Shown here in pieces: positions 8,324 to 15,140 of a stretch of 20,976 nt of DNA; within the stretch, counting starts at the first letter, position 1; each line of letters opens with the position of its first letter. The notes under the pieces are model-generated. The model saw nothing but the letters and a program-made list of their open reading frames with translations. It did no database searches and was not told the origin of the DNA. The position numbers and the translations under genes are program-made. Source of the stretch: Candidatus Fermentibacterota bacterium (lineage in GTDB: Bacteria; JAFGKV01); contig JAFGKV010000147.1 in assembly GCA_016928395.1 (NCBI GenBank), positions 62,001 through 82,976 of the forward strand, in the 5' to 3' direction.

Positions 8324-10246
8324 ATGAGGCGACTGACCACCCTCGCTTCCGGCCCCGTGGTGGCCGTGGCATGGGTGGCCCTGGCTCTGGCTCTGCGTCC
8401 CATTGTGCTGGAGCACGTCGAGCTGCGCTTCCACGACCTTCGCCAGAGGTTCTACGGCATCGACCGTGGGCATATTCAGGACATCGTTCTCGTCAACATC
8501 GATGCACCGACCCATGAGGTGATCGGGTGGCCCATCCCACGGCACGAATGGTCGGCCTTGCTTATCGGACTCATGGCGTTCCAGCCGCGTCAGATCGCCT
8601 TGGATCTGTTTTTCACCCACCATTTGTGTTCGGCCGAGGAGGACACCACGCTGGCTAGAGCGATGCAGATGTGCGGCAACGTGCTTCTGGGGATTGGTCT
8701 TGAGATCCCCGCTCATCGATTCGAGCCACTGCCGAGGGAGCCATTCCCTGCCGACTCATTGCTTCTTCGATGGCTCGACCCGAGGCCGGCCTTACACGGC
8801 GACGACCGCGTGGTCCACTCTCACTATGTCTCGGACCGCCCCCTGCCGGTTCTGGCGGAGGCAGCCGCCGCCATCGGGAACGCTGCCGTGGATCCTGACC
8901 AGGACGGCGTATTCCGGAGGATTCCCGTCCTCACCGAGTATGGGGGGTACGCGGTGCCGAGTTTCGCATTGGCAGCTTACCTTCAGCGCCAGGGTTTGGC
9001 GTTGTCTGACTGCCGCCTATCCCCCGGGCGCTCCCTGGAAATCCCCGGACGGAAGCCGGTGCCGCTGGATGCGATGTCCCGGATGATCCTCCACTATGTG
9101 GGGGGACCGAGTACGTTTCGCACCGTGGAGTTCTACGAGTTCACACAGCAACTCGAACGCGCGGTGCTCGACGATGACCCGGAGGCGGTTGCGTCCTTGG
9201 CCTTCTTGCGTGACGCCACCGTATTGGTCGGCATCACGGATCCTTCGGTGATGGATCTTCCTGCCACGCCAGTTCACCCACGTTTCCCCGGTTTTGAGAT
9301 TCAGGCGACTGCTCTGGACAACCTCATAAGAGCCCGGCATGTCCGACGGCTGGGTATGGGTTGGGAGGTGGTGACGGCGTTGCTGCTGGCTCTGGCCGGC
9401 GCCTTCGCTGGTCTGAGGCTTCGCCCGGCGGCCGGTACGGCAGGCGCCGTGCTGGCCGCCGTGGTCTTCGCTGGTGTCGTGTTTTGGCTGGGAGGGGAAC
9501 GCGATATTTGGCTTGGCGCAATCATGCCGCTGGTAGCCTTGGCCGGCAGCTACGGTACCACCGTCATGTTGGAGCGGCTGGCCCGGGAGAGGGAGCAACG
9601 CCTCGTCAAGGATGCCTTCGGCAAGTATGTGTCGCCCGGGGCGTTGAAACAGCTTCTGGAAGACCCGGTCACGGTGTTGGGTAGGCGGGGTGAGAAGAAG
9701 CAGATTACAATCCTGTTTTCTGACGTGAAGGGCTTCAGCGCGCTCTGCGAAGGGCATGAGCCGGATCCGCTGCTGACTCAGCTCAATGAGTATTTGGCGG
9801 AGATGACCGAGATCGTGTTTGCCCACGGCGGTGCCGTGGACAAGTTCATGGGCGATGGGCTCATGGCCTTCTTTGGCCACCCCGTACCCATGCCCGACCA
9901 CGCCCGCCGGGCCGTAGAAGCGGGCCGTCACATGCAGAGACGTCTGGAGGAACTCAGGGGGGAATGGCAGAACCAAGGACGCTTGGACTTTCACATCAGG
10001 ATCGGTATCAACTCCGGCGAGGTGATTGCTGGTAGTATGGGGGGCGGGCGCAAGATGGACTACACGGTGTTTGGAAAGTCGGTGAACCTCGCCCAACGTT
10101 TGGAGAGCGGTAGCGATGTGGATGGTGTGCTGGTGAGCGCTGATACCCTGGCCCGCGCCGGCATTGACCCCTCGACGGCAGTCGCGAAGACCATCAGCGC
10201 AAAGAACATCGGCGAAGTGACTGCATACCAGGTGTCGACGGGATAA
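8324..10246 (+). CDS. Membrane-bound CHASE2-domain class III adenylate cyclase
   Basis: N-terminal TM; CHASE2 motifs (DIVLVNID..GWPIPR, IALDLFF, DQDGVFRR, PGFEIQATALDNL); three TM helices; AFGKYVSP linker; catalytic ILFSDVKGF, DKFMGDGLMAFFG, DYTVFGKSVNLAQRLE (two metal Asp, Lys/Thr adenine specificity, Asn/Arg transition state). Starts 7 nt after the previous stop. Confidence 0.94.
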   Translation: MRRLTTLASGPVVAVAWVALALALRPIVLEHVELRFHDLRQRFYGIDRGHIQDIVLVNIDAPTHEVIGWPIPRHEWSALLIGLMAFQPRQIALDLFFTHHLCSAEEDTTLARAMQMCGNVLLGIGLEIPAHRFEPLPREPFPADSLLLRWLDPRPALHGDDRVVHSHYVSDRPLPVLAEAAAAIGNAAVDPDQDGVFRRIPVLTEYGGYAVPSFALAAYLQRQGLALSDCRLSPGRSLEIPGRKPVPLDAMSRMILHYVGGPSTFRTVEFYEFTQQLERAVLDDDPEAVASLAFLRDATVLVGITDPSVMDLPATPVHPRFPGFEIQATALDNLIRARHVRRLGMGWEVVTALLLALAGAFAGLRLRPAAGTAGAVLAAVVFAGVVFWLGGERDIWLGAIMPLVALAGSYGTTVMLERLAREREQRLVKDAFGKYVSPGALKQLLEDPVTVLGRRGEKKQITILFSDVKGFSALCEGHEPDPLLTQLNEYLAEMTEIVFAHGGAVDKFMGDGLMAFFGHPVPMPDHARRAVEAGRHMQRRLEELRGEWQNQGRLDFHIRIGINSGEVIAGSMGGGRKMDYTVFGKSVNLAQRLESGSDVDGVLVSADTLARAGIDPSTAVAKTISAKNIGEVTAYQVSTG

Positions 10247-10260
10247 GGTTGCGACAGCGC

Positions 10261-10280
10261 GCGAGGGAGGCTCCCTTCGC
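10261..10280. terminator. Hairpin between convergent cyclase and helicase genes (possible terminator or processing site)
   Basis: GCGAGGGA-GGC-TCCCTTCGC forms an 8-bp stem with one bulge. There is no U-tract on either strand. Confidence 0.3.
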
Positions 10281-10339
10281 TCGATCAGGACGGCTTGCTG
10301 GTTACAGCTCGATCCCATTCTCCCTTCATCCGATCCTCC

Positions 10340-11785
10340 CTATCTTCTGCGCCGGGGGCCACGGGGGATCGGTACCTTATGCTCCACATGCCGCTGGGTG
10401 GGAGTTGGTGGCCCCTCGGGCTCAACTGTGGGCCTATGGAGCGCCTGTTGGTAGAAATCGTCCACCAACATGGCGATTATGGCGGCCTCATCCTCGTTCT
10501 CTGCAAGGCTGCGAGCCAGGGGTACGAACCGCAGGCTTCGCTCGGTCTTGAGTTTGTCACGCTCCCGGAGGCGCGCTTCCAGCAAGGCCGTCACCCGTTC
10601 AGCCACTACTGCTTGCACATCCTCGTCGGTGGGCAAAACCCTGCGCTGCATATCGATCCCGTAGTGACGGGCGATACGGCCAAGGTCAGACTCCTCCTCC
10701 GGCCCGCTGACCAGAGTGATTGCCACACCAGGCGCCCCTGCGCGGCCCGTGCGGCCCGCCCGGTGAATGTAGCCCTCGATGTCTTCCGGTACTTGGTACA
10801 GGACAACGTGCGAGAGCTCTGGAATGTCGAGGCCGCGGGCTGCGACATCCGTGGCAACCAGAAAGCGCAAGGCCCCGCGGCGCACTCTGCCCAAGACCTG
10901 TTCTCGGTCAGCCTGGCTGAGATCGGCACTCAGCTCGTCGGCGTCATAGCCGAAGCGCTGTAGTACCACGCTGACGTAGTGTACTTCGGACTTCCTGTTG
11001 CAGAAGATGATCGCTGAGGCCGGATTCTCGACCTCAATGATACGCACTAGGGCCCGGTCTTTGTCCATACCCGGGACGGCATAGAAGACATGCTCCGTGT
11101 CAGTGACATGGACATGGTCGTGGCTGAGGGAGAGGAACTGAGGGCTTTTCATGAACTCCCGGGCGGTGCGCATGACCTCCCACGGAAAGGTGGCCGAGAA
11201 CATGCATACGTGGAGGTGCCTCGGAGGCAAGTGGCGTTGAATGCGCTTCATATCCGGATAGAACCCCATGGAGAGCATCCGATCGGCCTCATCATAGATC
11301 AGCATCACGAGGTGATCAAGCACCAGTGTGTGGCGGATCAGGTGGTCCAAGACTCGACCCGGAGTTCCGACAACGATGTGGGTGCCTTGTCGCAAAGCCT
11401 CGATCTGTGCGCCGTATCCAACGCCCCCATAAACGGCGGCTACCCGCAGGCCATCGTCCCCGCAGAGAGTCGCTGTCGCTTCATACACCTGGCGCGCCAA
11501 CTCCCGGGTAGGGACGAGGACCAATGCCTGGCATTGGGCGAGAGATGGATCCAGCCGCTCTAGCATCGGCAGCACGAAGGCACCGGTCTTCCCGCTGCCT
11601 GTACGCGCCTGGATCATCATGTTCCGTTCTGCAAGCAGATAGGGGATGGCCTTCGCCTGGACCGGCATCAGTGTATTCCAGCCGGCGCGCCTTGCTGCTG
11701 CTTGGAGCTTGTCAGGGAGGTGGTCAACAGTGATTTCCGGAAGTGGATTGCCGGGTTCACTCGTGGATACGCTTGTGCTGTTCAT
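10340..11785 (-). CDS. DEAD-box ATP-dependent RNA helicase (DeaD/CshA-like)
   Basis: Q motif GWNTLMPVQ, ARTGSGKT, PTRELA, GG, TPGR, DEAD, SAT, IIFCN, TDVAARGLD, YIHRAGRTGRAG. Basic C-terminal tail (RGPRRRR). Confidence 0.96.
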   Translation of the reverse strand: MNSTSVSTSEPGNPLPEITVDHLPDKLQAAARRAGWNTLMPVQAKAIPYLLAERNMMIQARTGSGKTGAFVLPMLERLDPSLAQCQALVLVPTRELARQVYEATATLCGDDGLRVAAVYGGVGYGAQIEALRQGTHIVVGTPGRVLDHLIRHTLVLDHLVMLIYDEADRMLSMGFYPDMKRIQRHLPPRHLHVCMFSATFPWEVMRTAREFMKSPQFLSLSHDHVHVTDTEHVFYAVPGMDKDRALVRIIEVENPASAIIFCNRKSEVHYVSVVLQRFGYDADELSADLSQADREQVLGRVRRGALRFLVATDVAARGLDIPELSHVVLYQVPEDIEGYIHRAGRTGRAGAPGVAITLVSGPEEESDLGRIARHYGIDMQRRVLPTDEDVQAVVAERVTALLEARLRERDKLKTERSLRFVPLARSLAENEDEAAIIAMLVDDFYQQALHRPTVEPEGPPTPTQRHVEHKVPIPRGPRRRR

Positions 11786-12088
11786 CTGATCTCGATTCCT
11801 GTGCTGTGCAGACTATCTGCCTTCTCCCTGCTTCCCCTGCCGGAAGGCATTGCCGCGTGAATCCTCTGGATACGCCACAGAGATTACCGTGTGGGCGGCA
11901 TCAGAGCAAGCCAGAGCTTGCAGAGGAAGTGTATCTCAGGTAGTAGACTTCCTGGCAACGTGGATTGATCTAGGGTGGGCCGACCAGCATGTATGGAGGC
12001 GCAAAGCGCAGGATTACACGAAGGCGAGCGGTAGCCGAATCGGGGGTCAACGACTGACAGCCGGCCCTTCCGGAGAGGCCCGAGCGTG

Positions 12089-12117
12089 CTGACAAGGCGA
12101 GGTCATGGCCGTATCTT
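12089..12117 (+). promoter_or_regulatory. Probable sigma70-type promoter of ychF and downstream glycan genes
   Basis: CTGACA(12089-12094)-17 nt-TATCTT(12112-12117), followed by RBS GAGGT at 12156-12160 and GTG start at 12167. Confidence 0.5.
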
Positions 12118-12166
12118 CGATAGCTTATTCGTTCACGATTGTCCCTGCCCCCTCTGAGGTTCCTTA

Positions 12167-13252
12167 GTGTCAACGTCACTCGGACTGGTCGGCTTGCCCA
12201 ATGCCGGCAAGACGACGGTGTTCAATGCCATCACCGCGGCTGGTGCACCGGCGCTCAACTACCCCTTCTGCACGATTCAGCGGAATGTGGCGGTTGTGCC
12301 CGTACCCGAACCCCGGCTAGACCTTCTTGCCTCGTGCCTTGCGCCCGACGAGGTAAAGCCGGCGACCATCGAGGTGATCGACATAGCAGGATTGGTGAAA
12401 GGAGCCCACGCCGGAGAAGGGTTGGGCAATCGTTTCTTGGATGACATTCGGACGGTGGATGCCGTACTTCATGTGGTGCGGTGCTTTCGGCAGCCGACCG
12501 TGGTGCGGGCGGGAGGATCGGCCGACCCCGTGGCGGACCTGCAACTGGTGGATACCGAGCTCATGCTGGCGGATCTGGAGGTTGTTCAGCGGAGGCTTGA
12601 TCAGCACACGAAGAAGGCCAAGGCCATGGGTGGGGTTTCTTCGACGGTAGTTGATCTGTTCTCCCGGATCGCCTCGTGCTTGACCGCGGGGAGACGTATA
12701 TCGGTGGATGAACTGAGCGACGAACAGCTGAGTTACCTGGAGCAGGAGCCCTTGCTCACCACGAAGCCGTGTATCGTGGTCGCCAACTGTGATGAGGACG
12801 CTGTAGATGTGGCAGCGCACGAGCTGCAGGCCTTGGTCAGGGAAGCGTTGCCTCGCCAGGTTATCCCGTTCCCCGGAGCTGTCGAGGCCGACCTTTCTTC
12901 CATCGATGAGGCGGAACGCGAGGAGTTCTATCACGAGCTGGGCCTTGAGCACAGCAGGGTGCCCGAACTTCTTCGCGCCGGTTTTGAGCTGCTGGGGCTC
13001 ATTACCTTTTTCACCGTGGCTCGTAACAAGCTCCATGCCTGGCGGATTCGGCGGGGGCGTACGGCTCTGGATGCGGCGGCCCTTATTCATTCCGACATTG
13101 CCGCGGGCTTTGTCCGTGCCGATGTCTTCACTGCACACGATTTGGTCTCCCACGGGTCCATCGGCGCCCTTCGTTCAGCAGGTAAGCTTCGAAGCGAGGG
13201 GCGTGAGTACGAGGTTCGCGACGGTGACGTCTTGTATGTGCATTTCCAGTAG
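12167..13252 (+). CDS. ychF: YchF/Ola1-family Obg-like ATPase (divergent)
   Basis: GLVGLPNAGKT, NYPFCTI, DIAGLVKGA..GEGLGNRFL, ANCDE (NxxE G4), TGS-like C-terminus (IHSD..GFVRA, GKLRSEGREYEVRDGD). 361 aa. Confidence 0.92.
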   Translation: MSTSLGLVGLPNAGKTTVFNAITAAGAPALNYPFCTIQRNVAVVPVPEPRLDLLASCLAPDEVKPATIEVIDIAGLVKGAHAGEGLGNRFLDDIRTVDAVLHVVRCFRQPTVVRAGGSADPVADLQLVDTELMLADLEVVQRRLDQHTKKAKAMGGVSSTVVDLFSRIASCLTAGRRISVDELSDEQLSYLEQEPLLTTKPCIVVANCDEDAVDVAAHELQALVREALPRQVIPFPGAVEADLSSIDEAEREEFYHELGLEHSRVPELLRAGFELLGLITFFTVARNKLHAWRIRRGRTALDAAALIHSDIAAGFVRADVFTAHDLVSHGSIGALRSAGKLRSEGREYEVRDGDVLYVHFQ

Positions 13253-13302
13253 ACCTTCGCTACACCGTGTGTCCACGGCAACAATGGCACGGAGCTAGTC
13301 GC

Positions 13303-14730
13303 ATGCATCTTGTGATCCTTGCGGTCATCGCGGCGGTGGGATACGTGGTAGGCACCAATCTGTCGGCCGGAGACCCCAAGGTCGCCGCGGCGGTATTGGC
13401 CTTCGTCGGGATCATCGCAAGCTTCTCGAAGCCTTACGCCGTGTTGATGCTTCTCTTGATCCTGGCGCCATTCCACGGTACGGCGCGGGCGTATTTCCTG
13501 AATCCTACGACCGCTCTGTGGAAGGAGTTCCTGGCGGTGTGCTTGGCGGTCGGCTGGCTCGCCCGTCAGATCGTGCGCCGGCAGAAGCTGAAGCCAAACG
13601 CGCTCAATGTGCCCATTGCACTCTTCACGGGTCTCACGATCATCCACGCCTTCACCTCTCCGACTCTGCTCCAGGGCCTGTACGAACTGAAGAAGATCGC
13701 TCCTTTCATTCCTGTCTTCTTTTTCGTGGCCAATAATCCCATGACCAAGTCGCAACTCAGGAAAGCCATGGGCGCACTGCTGGTCGTCGGTACCTTCACC
13801 GCCGGCATCGGAGTACTTCAGTGGATGGCCGGGGGGGCATGGCTGCTGCGGCACAACCTGATGTACGTGGGTCGGAACGTCGCCTTCCCCTCCTCGACAT
13901 TTCTGCGCGTGTGGTCGACCTATGGTGGGCCGGGCTTCTTTGCCGCGAACCTCTTGGTCTTTCTCTACATCGCGACGGCACTCTTCCTGAGCCAGGACAC
14001 TGAGATCCGGAAGAACCGCATACTCGTGGCGATGGTTGTCCTCTTCTCGGCCTTGGTATTCACCATGTCGCGGGGACCCGTGATTCTGTTTGGGCTCGGG
14101 TTGCTGGCCATGAGCCACTTTAGCGGCAAGAAGAGCCCTCTGCTGTTCGTTGCCTTGGCCGCAGTGGCCATCATGGCCGTGTTTCCTGCTGCCGTACGGG
14201 AGCGGGCTGCCATGTCCTTCGGGCAGGAGGACACGAGCTGGCAGTTCCGTATTTGGTTTCTTACCAATGTCGGCATCCCTGACATGATCCAGCATCCGCT
14301 GGGCGCGGGGCTCGGCACCACGCGCGGTTTCAACTACGGCGTGGTCAGTGGACTCGCAGATGTGACTGGTTTGACGGGCGAGTTTGAGCGTCTCGAAGGC
14401 GGCACGGAGAACGGGTACCTCCATGTCGGCATCCAGATGGGATTCCCAGGCCTGGTGCTCTTCGTGTGGATATTCCTGGCGGTCTTCGTCGCCGGATTCG
14501 GGATCTTCAAGCGGCTGAAGGATCCTTTCCTGCGGGCCGTCGCGTTGGCGGTGCTGGCCGTCAACGTGGAAGTGACGGTGGGGAATATGCTGGGTGTTGC
14601 ATTCGATGCATTTCCACTGGACCTCTACTACTGGTTCTTGCTGGGAATCCTCGTCACACTCCCGGAGGTGGAGGCGGGCATCGCAGAGGGGAGCCCACCT
14701 TCCAGCTCGACGGTCGTGGCGAAGACGTAA
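13303..14730 (+). CDS. O-antigen ligase / Wzy_C-family polytopic membrane protein
   Basis: Roughly 12 hydrophobic segments, RVWSTYGGP loop, FTMSRG motif, S..FR..., HPLGAGLG, TENGYLHVGIQMGFPGL. ATG13303 has GGAG 8 nt upstream and is preferred over the track's GTG13267. Confidence 0.85.
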   Translation: MHLVILAVIAAVGYVVGTNLSAGDPKVAAAVLAFVGIIASFSKPYAVLMLLLILAPFHGTARAYFLNPTTALWKEFLAVCLAVGWLARQIVRRQKLKPNALNVPIALFTGLTIIHAFTSPTLLQGLYELKKIAPFIPVFFFVANNPMTKSQLRKAMGALLVVGTFTAGIGVLQWMAGGAWLLRHNLMYVGRNVAFPSSTFLRVWSTYGGPGFFAANLLVFLYIATALFLSQDTEIRKNRILVAMVVLFSALVFTMSRGPVILFGLGLLAMSHFSGKKSPLLFVALAAVAIMAVFPAAVRERAAMSFGQEDTSWQFRIWFLTNVGIPDMIQHPLGAGLGTTRGFNYGVVSGLADVTGLTGEFERLEGGTENGYLHVGIQMGFPGLVLFVWIFLAVFVAGFGIFKRLKDPFLRAVALAVLAVNVEVTVGNMLGVAFDAFPLDLYYWFLLGILVTLPEVEAGIAEGSPPSSSTVVAKT

Positions 14731-15026
14731 TTGAGTTCTCGCCGTCAACGGGATGCCTGTTCGTTTCCTCCGCGCTGGGGTGAGGACCTCGGCCCTGGCC
14801 GCTCCCCTGTTGGGCGGATGTGTGGGGATCGGTGCTCAGTCAGGAGTTCGGAGGGTTGAGGGCGAGCATCGAACATCACGCCAAGAGCCGCAGGGTACAG
14901 GTTCACGAACGGGGCACTTCGTTGCATATGTACGACACGACTGCCCGTGATGTGCCGGCCTCGCCATAATGTTCACCACTACCGCACCGGCCCGCGAGGG
15001 TTGTGAGGATCCACACCATGCGCCAC

Positions 15027-15049
15027 TCTGAACCCCGAATTCTGAACCC
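15027..15049. repeat. Short direct repeat TCTGAACCC x2 (14-nt period) in an intergenic region
   Basis: TCTGAACCC at 15027-15035 and 15041-15049, with a near-complementary copy CAGGGTACAG at 14891-14900. Confidence 0.5.
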
Positions 15050-15140
15050 TGGACGCTTTCTCGCACCTCGTCCCTCGTGCTCCATCGCTCTGTCGTTTGG
15101 GCTCGCGTCACTCTCAACCCGCGGTGCCTGAGTAGTCACC

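Noticed and set aside
9017-10318. 433-aa minus-strand ORF
   Set aside because: Antisense to the clearly conserved adenylate cyclase; no recognisable domain.
12028-12037. ops/JUMPstart-like GCGGTAGC upstream of glycan genes
   Set aside because: Reads AGCGGTAGCCGA rather than GGCGGTAGnnTG, lacks the JUMPstart context, and lies upstream of the best promoter candidate.
12317-13153. 278-aa minus-strand ORF
   Set aside because: Antisense shadow of ychF.
13087-14748. 553-aa minus-strand ORF
   Set aside because: Antisense shadow of the hydrophobic ligase-like gene (H/Q/E/R-rich, no motifs), as expected in GC-rich DNA.
14941-14970. Internal promoter with CATAAT -10
   Set aside because: No credible -35 or extended -10; cannot be supported from sequence alone.
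15002-15015. CRP-like site TGTGA-GGAT-CCACA
   Set aside because: Half-site spacing is 4 nt rather than 6 and the second half is imperfect.
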